DNA of 64,000 nucleotides from contig OZ219754.1 of assembly GCA_964291295.2 (NCBI GenBank), positions 2,080,001-2,144,000 on the forward strand, given 5' to 3'. Shown in pieces: positions 29,207 through 38,267 of this stretch; the first letter of the stretch is position 1; each line of letters begins with the position of its first letter. A program made the position numbers and the translations under genes. Under the pieces are notes generated by a model, which saw only the letters and a program-made list of their open reading frames with translations, did no database searches and had not been told where the DNA came from. Origin of the DNA: an uncultured Candidatus Binatia bacterium (GTDB taxonomy: Bacteria > Desulfobacterota > Binatia > UBA9968 > JAJDTQ01).

Positions 29207-29953
29207 TCACGGTTCGAAATCCTGCCGGCGTGGCGAAAGGACGCCGGCGTCTCCGAGTTCGAGGGTCCGGCCGTACAGCCCGCTCGCACGGTCGCTGAGA
29301 AGGAACGCCGCCACGGCGGCCACCTCCACGGCCGAGAGCGTTGCGGTCGGAGCAAAGCCCGCCGGCCCCGCCCCGGGGACCACGGGTCGGCGCACCGGCC
29401 CGGGCACCAGCACATTCAGGATCACGTTCTCCCGGGCCGCCTCCCCGGCGGCGGAGCGGAGCCATGCGTGCAGCGCGGCGCTGGCCACCGAATGGACGTG
29501 TCTGTCGATGCCATTGCGTTCGGTCGGGTACGGAATCATCCAGAGCACGCGGCCCCACCGCCGGCGCCGCATGCCGGGCAGGACCGTCTCCGTCGCCGCC
29601 TTGAACCGCAGGAAGCCGTTTTCGAGTTGTGAACTCCAGGAGAGCGTACGCCCGTCTTCCGGCAACACCGGCCGGGCGATCCCGAACAGGATGTCGATGG
29701 CGCCGAATTCGGCTGCGACGCGGTCCACGAGGGCGGCGGCCGATGGTTCGTCCCGCGCGTCCAGCCGGTATCCCGCCGTCCGGACGCCGCCGCCCGCCGC
29801 CGCCTCGGCCGCGACGCGGCGTGCGGCCCAGTCCTTGCGGGCGCACACGGCGACGTTGGCGCCCTCGGTCGCCAGAGTTCCAGCCACTGCCCGGCCGATG
29901 CCGCGGGAGCCGCCGAAGACCAGGGCGCTTCTGCCCTTGATGCCGAGATCCAC
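29207..29953 (-). CDS. Atypical SDR-family protein (catalytic motif degenerate)
   Basis: MDLGIKGRSALVFGGSRGIG Rossmann motif, FLLSDRAS; lacks NNAG and YxxxK. Confidence 0.8.
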   Translation of the reverse strand: MDLGIKGRSALVFGGSRGIGRAVAGTLATEGANVAVCARKDWAARRVAAEAAAGGGVRTAGYRLDARDEPSAAALVDRVAAEFGAIDILFGIARPVLPEDGRTLSWSSQLENGFLRFKAATETVLPGMRRRRWGRVLWMIPYPTERNGIDRHVHSVASAALHAWLRSAAGEAARENVILNVLVPGPVRRPVVPGAGPAGFAPTATLSAVEVAAVAAFLLSDRASGLYGRTLELGDAGVLSPRRQDFEP

Positions 29954-29958
29954 GACCG

Positions 29959-30072
29959 TCAGCAACGCGAGCGCCGCAAAGGGCCTGCCGGCGCCGCGTC
30001 TTGCGAAGCGCGGGCCATCCACCCCCGGCACGGCCCGGCCGGGAAACCGTCGCTGCACGCTGATCCATCCAT
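29959..30072 (-). CDS. Putative 37-aa Cys-containing small ORF (candidate MNIO substrate)
   Basis: GGGGAGG SD then ATG; MDGSACSDGFPAGPCRGWMARASQDAAPAGPLRRSRC*; fills the gap between the ABC stop and the SDR start. Confidence 0.3.
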   Translation of the reverse strand: MDGSACSDGFPAGPCRGWMARASQDAAPAGPLRRSRC

Positions 30073-30091
30073 GGCGCCTCCCCACCCTCCA

Positions 30092-31876
30092 TCACACCGT
30101 GAGCTTCAGGGGCCGCTCTCCGGCCAGTTCGCTCACCAGTTCCATTTCCCTGAGCACCATTTCGGCAAAGTATCCGTCCCGCCGAGCCAGTTCCGCGGGC
30201 GTGCCGTGTTCCACGATCTTCCCGTGCCGCAGACAGATGACGCGGTCCACGTGACGCAGCGCGGACAGTCGGTGTGCGATGACGATGACCGTCCGTCCCC
30301 GCGCCAGCGCGCGGATGTTCTCCTGGATCCGGGCCTCGTGCTGCTTGTCCAACGAACTCGTGGCCTCGTCCAGGATCAACAGGCTCTTCCAATGGAACAA
30401 TGCGCGGGCCAGCGCCATGCGCTGACGCTCGCCGCCCGAGAGCCGCATCCCGCGGGCGCCGATGCGGGTGGCATAGCCCTTGGGCGTCCGGGTGATGAAC
30501 TCGTGGGCGCATGCCGCCTTGGCCGCCGCCTCAACCAGGACCATCTGCTGCCGGGCCGGTCCCAGCGCGATATTGTCGGCGACGCTGCGCCGGAAGATCG
30601 GATAGTCCTGCTCCACCGCGCCGATGTGACTGCGGACCCAGGCGGGGTCCGCGGCGGTGGCATCCACGCCGTCCAGCAATACGCGGCCTTCGGACGCCAG
30701 ATAGAGTCTCTGCACCAGGCGGCCGACGGTGCTCTTGCCCGAACCCGACGGGCCCACGACGCCCAGGGTCTCACCGGGTTTCACCTCGAAGGTCACCCCG
30801 TCCAACGCCGCCCGGTCTCCGTCCGGATAGCGGAAACGCACGTCTTCAAACCGTATACCTCCCTTGAAGGGCGGCGGCCGGACGTGAGGGCGGCTCGGGT
30901 GCTCCGGGGGTTCGTCCAGTACCGTCGACAGCTCCTTCACCAGGCCCCGCAGCCGGGAAAAGTCGTAGGCGAACAGACACAGGCGCATCATCGGCTGGGA
31001 GAAACGCATGTTCACCAGATTGACGGCCACCATCTGTCCGAGGGTAAGGTGCCCGTCGAGCACCATCGATGCTCCGAACCACAGCAGACCGGCGGTGCCG
31101 AAGCGGTTCACGAACTGGTTGTACTGGGTCATGGACTCCCGCAGGTTCTGCGTATCCTCCTCGGACGACACGGCCTCGTCCACCTGCCGCACGAGGAAAG
31201 CCTCCTGGGCCTGTTCCTCGTGCATGCCCTTCACGGTTTCGATGCCGTTGATGGTGTCGAGCACGGCTTCATTGCTTTCACGGCGGCTGCCCTTGGTTTG
31301 TTGGCTCCGTCGCCGCAGGGTGGGCATCACCATGAAGGCCGGGGCGATGTACAAGGGTAGACAGGCCAGGATGATGGCGGAAAGGACAAGGCTGAAATGG
31401 AGCATCAGCGCCAGGAACACCAGCACGAACACCATGTCCACGAAGACAAACACCACCGCGTTGGTCAGGAACCGGCGCAGGTGCTGCAGTTCTTCGATGC
31501 GGGAGAGGGTCTCCACGGCCGTGTTGCGCAGGTAGAACGAGGCGGGAAGTTCCAGGGAGTGGCGGACGAGTCTTGAGAGCAGCGTGCGGTCCATGTCCCG
31601 CACCGCCCGGCGCAGCGCCTTGTGGCGGGCGTACCGGAGCACCGCCTCGAAGCCCAGGAAGAACAGCAGGCTCACGACAATGACGTCGAGGGTGGCGGTG
31701 CCGCGGTTGGCCAGGACCTTGTCGATGATGATCAGGAAGGCGAAAGGGTAGATGTAGCCCAGGAGGTTGACGAAGAAGGACGCCGCCACCAACGGCCCGA
31801 AGACGGCCTTGTGCTCAAGCAGATGGTCGGCAATGGACCGCAGCGTGAAGGATGAACCCGGCGCGCCGTCAGCCAT
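30092..31876 (-). CDS. HlyB-like type I secretion ABC exporter (TMD+NBD, no C39 domain)
   Basis: ASFFVNLL...IIDKVLANRGTATLDVI, LTLGQMVA, GPSGSGKST, LSGGERQR, LILDEATSSLD, IAHRL. Confidence 0.9.
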   Translation of the reverse strand: MADGAPGSSFTLRSIADHLLEHKAVFGPLVAASFFVNLLGYIYPFAFLIIIDKVLANRGTATLDVIVVSLLFFLGFEAVLRYARHKALRRAVRDMDRTLLSRLVRHSLELPASFYLRNTAVETLSRIEELQHLRRFLTNAVVFVFVDMVFVLVFLALMLHFSLVLSAIILACLPLYIAPAFMVMPTLRRRSQQTKGSRRESNEAVLDTINGIETVKGMHEEQAQEAFLVRQVDEAVSSEEDTQNLRESMTQYNQFVNRFGTAGLLWFGASMVLDGHLTLGQMVAVNLVNMRFSQPMMRLCLFAYDFSRLRGLVKELSTVLDEPPEHPSRPHVRPPPFKGGIRFEDVRFRYPDGDRAALDGVTFEVKPGETLGVVGPSGSGKSTVGRLVQRLYLASEGRVLLDGVDATAADPAWVRSHIGAVEQDYPIFRRSVADNIALGPARQQMVLVEAAAKAACAHEFITRTPKGYATRIGARGMRLSGGERQRMALARALFHWKSLLILDEATSSLDKQHEARIQENIRALARGRTVIVIAHRLSALRHVDRVICLRHGKIVEHGTPAELARRDGYFAEMVLREMELVSELAGERPLKLTV

Positions 31877-32654
31877 GCTTCGGGTCCCGGGAGTCGTTGC
31901 CGCCCACCAGCACGAGACCTTGAGCCGCGAGGCGCTTGACGAGCGCGGCGCGTGCGTTGTCGTCTGGTCCCGTGGCACTCGACGCCAGCGGCGACCATTG
32001 TCTGGAACATTCCAGCAGGTCGAGGGCTCCCGGCCGGAGTTCCAGCACCAGAGGCTGGCGCCTTCCGCGCGAGGCAAGGACGGCAAGCGACCCAGGCCGT
32101 TGGGACACCGGCTCGCCCGCTCGGGCGGGCTCGAACAGCGGCCGCACGTCGTACCGGCAGTGGACCAGGAGTGCGCACGGATGGGTGCGGTACCACAGGC
32201 CGGCCGACGGTTGCGGACGCGCCATCAGCGCCTTGCGTTCCATGGCCGTGGGCCGAAGGGTTCGGGCTTCCGACAGGGCCAACTCGAGGGCCGCGACGTC
32301 GGCCGCCCAGGCCGGGGTCGGCGGTTCCTGGGCGCTTCTTGCCACGAAGTGGTCATGAAAACACTTGGCGTCCGGGTAGCGTTCGTAGGTTTCGGGCGGA
32401 CAGGTGGCCGCAAAGTCGCGCAGGAGCGCCTCGAACCCGTGTCCCAGCAGGGTTGCGGTGCGCGCGAATGTCTGGCGGATGCGCTTCATGCGCTTGTTGT
32501 AGGAAAACTCCGCCTCCAGTCGCAGCCGCCGCAAGTCCATGCCCCGAAGGGCCGGTTCCAGGGCCGCGCTCTCCAGGTCGCGAGTGCCGAAGATGAAGGC
32601 ATGGCTGGTCAGATGACGCAGCAGATTCGTCTGCATGCCGATGAGTCTATCCAT
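31869..32654 (-). CDS. DUF2063-like MNIO partner / putative peptide-recognition protein
   Basis: KR..IRQTFARTATLLG..F..L..DF....PP......DA..F, ADVAALELA, HPC; 8-nt overlaps with both neighbours. Confidence 0.78.
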   Translation of the reverse strand: MDRLIGMQTNLLRHLTSHAFIFGTRDLESAALEPALRGMDLRRLRLEAEFSYNKRMKRIRQTFARTATLLGHGFEALLRDFAATCPPETYERYPDAKCFHDHFVARSAQEPPTPAWAADVAALELALSEARTLRPTAMERKALMARPQPSAGLWYRTHPCALLVHCRYDVRPLFEPARAGEPVSQRPGSLAVLASRGRRQPLVLELRPGALDLLECSRQWSPLASSATGPDDNARAALVKRLAAQGLVLVGGNDSRDPKHG

Positions 32655-33522
32655 GGTTCGCAGCCCTCTCTTTCATTCGGGTCTTCCGCACCTGCTGGCG
32701 GATGCGCGCCACGTCGGCCAGGAGCTCCTCGCCCTCCTCGACGTCGTTGTCCCGCTCCAGGATCACCGTTCCCGGACGCTGTCGGTCAAGGGCGCTTCCC
32801 AACAGGTCCAATGCCTGCTCCGGCACCGGGTGGCTGTGGCTGTCGGCGTGGAACGGCGCGTCGAGGTAGGGCCGGCGGACCAACGGCCCGCCGGCCGCGT
32901 GAATCCCGGTCACCACGCCGCCGGGGAGCTGGTCCAGGAACGCCGCCGGATCGACGCCGTGGTTCCTGGAGTTGACGAACAGGTTCTCCACGTCCAGCAA
33001 CATCTTGACGCCGGTTTCGCGGAACAGCAGGTTGAAGAACTCCGCGTCGCTCATCTCGGCGTTCGGGAAGTCGAAGACGTAGGAAATATTCTCGATGGAG
33101 AACGGCACCGGCAGGCGCGTCTGGACCCGCCGGATCTTGGGAATGAGCATGTCCGAGGCGGCGCGGGTCTTGGGTACCGGCAGCAGGTTGGCGAGGTCGA
33201 TGCCCGGTACCTTGGTCCATGCCAGGTGTTCGCTGTAGGAGGGTACCTTGAGATCGTCGATGGCCTCGGCCACGCCGTCCAGATAACGCTCGTCGAGGGG
33301 TGCGTCGGTGCCGATGGAAAGGCCCACCCCGTGCAACACCAGCGGGATCCGGTCCACCAGGTTGCGAATCGCCTTGCGCGTGTATTCGCCGCCCTTGATG
33401 TAGTGGTCCACCGTGATTTCGAGGACATCGAATCGGTGCAGATTGGCCAGCGTCCAACGGGCGATGGGAACGCGAAATCCGATGCCGACGAGAGGGAATG
33501 CTTCCTGCAGTGCCGTGTTCAT
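32647..33522 (-). CDS. DUF692 family multinuclear non-heme iron-dependent oxidase (MNIO)
   Basis: GIGFR, LHGVGLSIG, SEHL, IENI, LLDVENL, IHAAG, DSH, LERD: typical iron ligands present. Confidence 0.95.
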   Translation of the reverse strand: MNTALQEAFPLVGIGFRVPIARWTLANLHRFDVLEITVDHYIKGGEYTRKAIRNLVDRIPLVLHGVGLSIGTDAPLDERYLDGVAEAIDDLKVPSYSEHLAWTKVPGIDLANLLPVPKTRAASDMLIPKIRRVQTRLPVPFSIENISYVFDFPNAEMSDAEFFNLLFRETGVKMLLDVENLFVNSRNHGVDPAAFLDQLPGGVVTGIHAAGGPLVRRPYLDAPFHADSHSHPVPEQALDLLGSALDRQRPGTVILERDNDVEEGEELLADVARIRQQVRKTRMKERAANHG

Positions 33523-33672
33523 GCGACCTCCGGGTTCGATTCGTGAGTCACGCGCCGGTGCGCGCGGAGCGGGTGCCGGCGCACCTCGGGTGCCCGCAGG
33601 CCCCGCGCCGGCCTTGTGGAGCCGGACGCTGCCTGCAGCAATACTAATCGCTCGTTGGACGCTGAACTTTAG

Positions 33673-33707
33673 GATTCGAGGCGGGGGAGGCGCACGATTC
33701 GAGGCGG
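33673..33707. repeat. Direct repeat GATTCGAGGCGG x2
   Basis: Two 12-bp copies 23 bp apart, upstream of the MNIO operon. Confidence 0.6.
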
Positions 33708-33709
33708 TG

Positions 33710-34720
33710 CTACCGCAGGTCCATGCCCACCACCTTCGCGGGGTTGCGGGTGCAGACGGTGTAGAGTTCGTCCGCGGTCAGGCCGAAGGCTTCCATGTAG
33801 CCCCGGATGAGGCGCATGGCTTCCACGGAGTCGGGGAACAGCGGCTCGCCGGCATCGCTCGACAGGGTGAAGTGCTCCACGCCCACCTCGCGGATGGTGT
33901 TGTACATGATCTGGGGATCGACGCCGAGAAGCGGCGACAGTTCGTCGAAGGTGAAGTTGAACAGCACGCCCAAGGGGGCGAGGGCCTTCATCTGCGCCAC
34001 CGACACGTCGAGAAACGGGCTGTAGGGATGGTCGATGACCAGCCGCCGGAGGCCGGCCTTGTCCGCCGCCTCGGCGATCTTGAAGATCTCCTTGTGGGTG
34101 GCGTGGCCGAAGAACAGTGTGACGTCCCGCTCCACGCACAGGCGGATGATGTCGCGCACCTCGGGCTTGAGTTCGCCCGAGTCGTCGAGATTGTAGTGTC
34201 CGTGCTCCAGGGCCTTCTCCCAGGACAGGGGGCCGATCCAGCCCTGGGCGTTCATGTCGTGCTCGATCAGCTCCCGGCGGCTGCCCACGATGTGCATCGT
34301 GTTGGCATGATTGAACACCGGCAGCCACAACGCGACGACGCCGGCGTCGATGGCCTTCTCGGCGAGCGCGGCGGACACCGGATCGTCATTCCGGCCGCAT
34401 ACGTAGCCGGCAAACAGGGTCACCGGCGCCCGGCTCTCCCGCGCGGCCCACTCGTCGAGTTGCTCCTGCAGCGCGCGGACCGCGGTTCCCGCGCTGCCGA
34501 CGATGGACTTGAACAGGATTCCCTTCATTTCGGCGCGTGATGCCTTCTTCACCAGGTCCAGAGCATCCTGTTGACCGGCGTGGGCGTGGGCGTGGATGTC
34601 GATGGCGTCCTTGACCCGGACATGCCCCGGATGGACCACTCCCGGCTTGTACTGGGTGCGCGCCGCGTAAGAGGTGACGCACCGCTCCCGGGTCGGGGTC
34701 GAGACCACATTCGCGCTCAT
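33710..34720 (-). CDS. Metal-dependent TIM-barrel protein (DUF6282/amidohydrolase-like)
   Basis: AIDIHAH, ILFKS, FFGH, LVIDHP, LSSDAG, NPAKVVG. Confidence 0.8.
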   Translation of the reverse strand: MSANVVSTPTRERCVTSYAARTQYKPGVVHPGHVRVKDAIDIHAHAHAGQQDALDLVKKASRAEMKGILFKSIVGSAGTAVRALQEQLDEWAARESRAPVTLFAGYVCGRNDDPVSAALAEKAIDAGVVALWLPVFNHANTMHIVGSRRELIEHDMNAQGWIGPLSWEKALEHGHYNLDDSGELKPEVRDIIRLCVERDVTLFFGHATHKEIFKIAEAADKAGLRRLVIDHPYSPFLDVSVAQMKALAPLGVLFNFTFDELSPLLGVDPQIMYNTIREVGVEHFTLSSDAGEPLFPDSVEAMRLIRGYMEAFGLTADELYTVCTRNPAKVVGMDLR

Positions 34721-34846
34721 CGTTCGTCTCCCTTCCGTTCGGGTCGAGGTGCCGTCTGATGTCGGGGCACAGCCCGACAGGGCTTGCCGTACACCACGAT
34801 TCCGATAGATAGTAGTCCGTCGAAACCCGAAACGAAAGAGGAGGGC

Positions 34847-35854
34847 ATGGGGCCTCTCACTCCGCTTCAGGCGTCCGTCGTGCTGGGCCTTGTGCTCGGC
34901 GCCATCTACGGTGTGCTGGCGCAGCGCAGCCGGTTCTGTCTCCGCCGCGGTCTGGTCGGAGACGGGGGCGGATGCCTGCCGGCGTTCGGCGTGTGGATCC
35001 TGGGGCTGGCCTCGGCGATTGCCGGGACCCAGGGTGCGGTGGCCGCGGGATGGCTTTCCTTCGACGCGCACCGGTTCCTCGCTCTTGACCTTCCGGTCGT
35101 TTCGGTCCTCTTGGGCGGAGCGCTGTTCGGCACCGGCATGGTGCTCAGCGGCGGCTGCGCCTCCCGCCTCACGGTTCTCGCCGGCACCGGCAACCTGCGG
35201 GCAGCTCTCGTCCTGGTGGTCTTTGCGGTCGTCGCCTACGCCGCGATGAAAGGTGTGCTGGCGCCGCTGCGCACCACACTCGGCGGGTGGACCGTTGATC
35301 CGGGAGGCAGGGTGGCGTTGACCGCCTTGCCCGGCGGCGCCGTCTGGATCTGGGGCCTGGCGCTCGCGGCCGCGGCCATGGCATGGCGCTCCGGTGCATC
35401 GCCGCGCCACCTGGTGATGGCCGCGGTGATCGGGCTTCTGGTGCCGGCGGGATGGGTCGGCACCGGCCTTGTCCTCCTGGACGATTTCGATCCGGTGCCG
35501 TTGCAGTCGCTGGGATTTACCAGGCCCATGGCCGACACCTTGTTCTGGACCATGGCGGCGACGGCCATTCCCGCGGGGTTCGGTACGGGCCTTGTGGCTG
35601 GCGTGATCGCCGGCAGCGCGGTGGCTGCGGTTTCAGCGGGCGAGTTCCGCTGGAGCAGCCTGGAAGGGCCGCGTCAGACCGGCCGCTACCTTGCGGGCGC
35701 CGCACTGATGGGAACGGGCGGTGTCCTGGCGGGTGGCTGTACGGTGGGGGCCGGATTGTCCGGGATATCGACCGGCAGCATCGCCGCGGTCCTGGCGCTG
35801 GCGGCCATGGCGGTGTCCGCAAGGGTCGTCGGAAGGCTTCTCGCGGCAGAGTGA
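34847..35854 (+). CDS. YeeE/YedE family sulfur-compound transporter
   Basis: QRSRFCL, GMVLSGGCASR, GGVLAGGCTVGAG: three conserved Cys. Confidence 0.92.
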   Translation: MGPLTPLQASVVLGLVLGAIYGVLAQRSRFCLRRGLVGDGGGCLPAFGVWILGLASAIAGTQGAVAAGWLSFDAHRFLALDLPVVSVLLGGALFGTGMVLSGGCASRLTVLAGTGNLRAALVLVVFAVVAYAAMKGVLAPLRTTLGGWTVDPGGRVALTALPGGAVWIWGLALAAAAMAWRSGASPRHLVMAAVIGLLVPAGWVGTGLVLLDDFDPVPLQSLGFTRPMADTLFWTMAATAIPAGFGTGLVAGVIAGSAVAAVSAGEFRWSSLEGPRQTGRYLAGAALMGTGGVLAGGCTVGAGLSGISTGSIAAVLALAAMAVSARVVGRLLAAE

Positions 35855-35882
35855 GCGCGGGCAGGCCCCAAGGGCCTGCCCG

Positions 35883-37169
35883 TCACCCGAACAGGTCCCG
35901 GGAAAAGCCCGAGTACCAGCCGAGCGACTCCTCGTAGGTTGCCTTGCGCGTTTCGGTGCTCTCTCCGGTCTGCGAGATGAAGCCGTCGGTCTTGGCGATC
36001 TTCTCGTCGGTGGCCCGGTAGGAGGCGCCGACCTTCACTCCGTCATCGGTTCCGATCAGCGACCAGCAGGTGTTCGAGAAACGGGCCGGAAATACTTTCG
36101 AGCCCGTCAGTGCCCCGCGTACGGCCATGGCGCACACCTTGGCCTGGCTGTTGGCGGAGAAGCCGGACTTCGGCATGTCGCCTTGCTGCGAAGCGTCGCC
36201 GAGCACATGGATGTTGTCGTCCGCCCGGCTTTGCATGGTATGCGGCACCACCGGAACCCAGCCGCCCTCGTTGGTGATCCCGGCAACCGCGGCGATACGC
36301 CCCGCCTGCTGCGCCGGAATGACGTTGCAGACGTCCACCCGGGTCACCTCGCCGTCGATCACCACCTCCATCGAGCCCGGCCGCACTTCGACCCGGTCGC
36401 CGCCGAAGTCCGGGCCGACCCGCTCGATCATGCCCGGGTAGTGGCGCTGCCAACCGTCCTCGAAGAGCGCTTGCTTGGAAAATTTCGCCTTCGGGTCGAC
36501 GATCAGGATCTTTGCCGTGGGGTTGTCCCGTTTCAGTGTGTGGGCCACCATCGAGACCCGTTCGTACGGTCCCGGCGGGCAGCGGAACGGATTCGGCGGT
36601 GCCACCATGCAGTAGATCCCGCCCTTGCGCATCGCCGCGACCTGCGCCTTGAGGAGCTGTGTTTGCGAGCCTGCCTTGTAGGCGTGGGGCATCCGGTTCT
36701 GCTGCGACAGGTCCCAGCCGCGCACCGAGTTCGGACGGAAGTCGATGCCGGGCGACAGCACCAGCCGATCGAAGGCAAGGCTGCCGCCGCCCGCCAGGCC
36801 CACCGTCCGGCGGTCGCGGTCGACGGCGACGGCCCAGTCGTGAACGACGTTGATCCCGTAGGCCGCTGCCAGGGTTCCGTAGCTGTGACCGAGGGAGGCG
36901 AAATCACGGAAGTCCCCCAGGTAGAGGTTCGAGAAGAAACATGAGTAATAGTGCCGAGCGGGTTCCACAAGAGTGACATCGATGCCCCCTTTCGAGTCCT
37001 TGGCGATGTAGCGGGCCGCGGTCGCGCCGCCGGCGCCGCCGCCGATCACCACCACCCGCGGACGGCTCTTCCCGAGGATGGGGGCTGTCCACAATGCCGT
37101 CGATGCGGCAAGCGTCGATGCCAGGAAGCGGCGGCGAGTCATGTCGCGGTTCTTGTCTTGCTGTTCCAT
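35883..37169 (-). CDS. soxF: Flavocytochrome c sulfide dehydrogenase flavoprotein subunit
   Basis: Tat signal TRRRFL, GGGAGG, CFFSN, NPFRCPPGPYER, MPKSGFSANSQAK, NTCWS. Confidence 0.93.
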   Translation of the reverse strand: MEQQDKNRDMTRRRFLASTLAASTALWTAPILGKSRPRVVVIGGGAGGATAARYIAKDSKGGIDVTLVEPARHYYSCFFSNLYLGDFRDFASLGHSYGTLAAAYGINVVHDWAVAVDRDRRTVGLAGGGSLAFDRLVLSPGIDFRPNSVRGWDLSQQNRMPHAYKAGSQTQLLKAQVAAMRKGGIYCMVAPPNPFRCPPGPYERVSMVAHTLKRDNPTAKILIVDPKAKFSKQALFEDGWQRHYPGMIERVGPDFGGDRVEVRPGSMEVVIDGEVTRVDVCNVIPAQQAGRIAAVAGITNEGGWVPVVPHTMQSRADDNIHVLGDASQQGDMPKSGFSANSQAKVCAMAVRGALTGSKVFPARFSNTCWSLIGTDDGVKVGASYRATDEKIAKTDGFISQTGESTETRKATYEESLGWYSGFSRDLFG

Positions 37170-37182
37170 GGCGGCTCCTCTT

Positions 37183-37905
37183 TCACGGACCGGTGACCGG
37201 CCCGGCGAAGTGCAGGGCGAGTGAGGCGATGTCCTCGTCGGACAAGCGTCTGGCGATGGTCTGCATGGCCTGGTGCCGCCGCTTGCCGTGCTTGTACGCT
37301 TGCAAAGTTATCACGAAGTCATGGACCGGCCAACCGATAATGGAGGGTATGCCGTCATCGGCTCCGTCGGTCCGGTGGCAGGTAGTGCATTCGGTGGCGA
37401 GATAGGCGCCGTATTCGGGATCTCCCGGGACTGCGAGAAGGCGCGAGTCGAGGCCGTATTCGGCCGCGGTCAGGGTCGGTTCCGCAGCCCGCAGTCCAGC
37501 CCGGGAGCCGGAGAGCGCGCGCAGCCACGCCACCAGGTCGGCCCGGTCCCCGGCCGCCGCCATGCCGTCATAACTCATGCGTGAGCGCGGCACCATCACC
37601 CGAGGGTTGGCCAGAAAGGCGTTCAGCGTTGCCTCGCTCCAGACCAGCCCGCCCGCCCCGGCCTTCTTCATTGCCGAGGAGTAACGGAAGTCCGCGAGCG
37701 AACCGGCGCGGCGCCCGAATACGTCGTTCAGGTGCGGCCCGATCCGGTGCTGCGCGCCCTGGCCGGCCTGATGGCAGCGTCTGCACTCCTGATAGAGGGC
37801 GTTGCCGCGTCGGGCGTCCGCGCCGTGGGCCACGGTGGCTGCGAGAACCGCAAGAAGAGCCAGCACGGGCATTGCGAAGCCCGCGGGTTTCGTGATGCCC
37901 GTCAT
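37183..37905 (-). CDS. soxE: Diheme cytochrome c (SoxE-like)
   Basis: Two CxxCH motifs (CRRCH, CTTCH), GPHL, signal peptide; directly upstream of soxF. Confidence 0.82.
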   Translation of the reverse strand: MTGITKPAGFAMPVLALLAVLAATVAHGADARRGNALYQECRRCHQAGQGAQHRIGPHLNDVFGRRAGSLADFRYSSAMKKAGAGGLVWSEATLNAFLANPRVMVPRSRMSYDGMAAAGDRADLVAWLRALSGSRAGLRAAEPTLTAAEYGLDSRLLAVPGDPEYGAYLATECTTCHRTDGADDGIPSIIGWPVHDFVITLQAYKHGKRRHQAMQTIARRLSDEDIASLALHFAGPVTGP

Positions 37906-37927
37906 CGGGCGCCGGTTACCGGGAAGG

Positions 37928-38257
37928 TCACGAGCGGACCTCGATGCGTCTGCGGATGCGGTATGTCGAGCCGTCGTCATCCGTCCATTCGAACTCCAGT
38001 TCGCCGGACTCCTGGACGGCCATCTCGAACTGGATGTAGGGATCGGCGGACACCGCCGGCTCGAGGTCCACGGCGAGGACCGTCTCGCCGTTGTAACGGG
38101 CCACGAACCGGTTGACGATCTGGCGGGGGATTCGTTTCCCGTCCCGGCCGAGCCGCAGCCCGGTGTGCATCGGGTGGGTGATTCGCGTCTTTACGGTGAA
38201 CGCGACGCCCGCGGCCACCGATCGCGGCAGCTTGATGCGCGGCTTGGGTTTCAGCAT
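37928..38257 (-). CDS. soxZ: Sulfur carrier complex protein SoxZ
   Basis: ITHPMHTGLR, IPRQIVNRF, AVSADPY, WTDDDG. Confidence 0.93.
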   Translation of the reverse strand: MLKPKPRIKLPRSVAAGVAFTVKTRITHPMHTGLRLGRDGKRIPRQIVNRFVARYNGETVLAVDLEPAVSADPYIQFEMAVQESGELEFEWTDDDGSTYRIRRRIEVRS

Positions 38258-38267
38258 CCGGCCGGTC

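Noticed and set aside
28149-30512. 787-aa minus-strand ORF and similar long overlapping or antisense ORFs
   Set aside because: Low-complexity R/G/A/P translations typical of high-GC off-frames overlapping well-supported genes.
33523-33709. Precursor peptide directly upstream of the MNIO
   Set aside because: There is no ATG on the minus strand. The TTG-started 40-codon frame has no SD, no Cys and no leader-like features.
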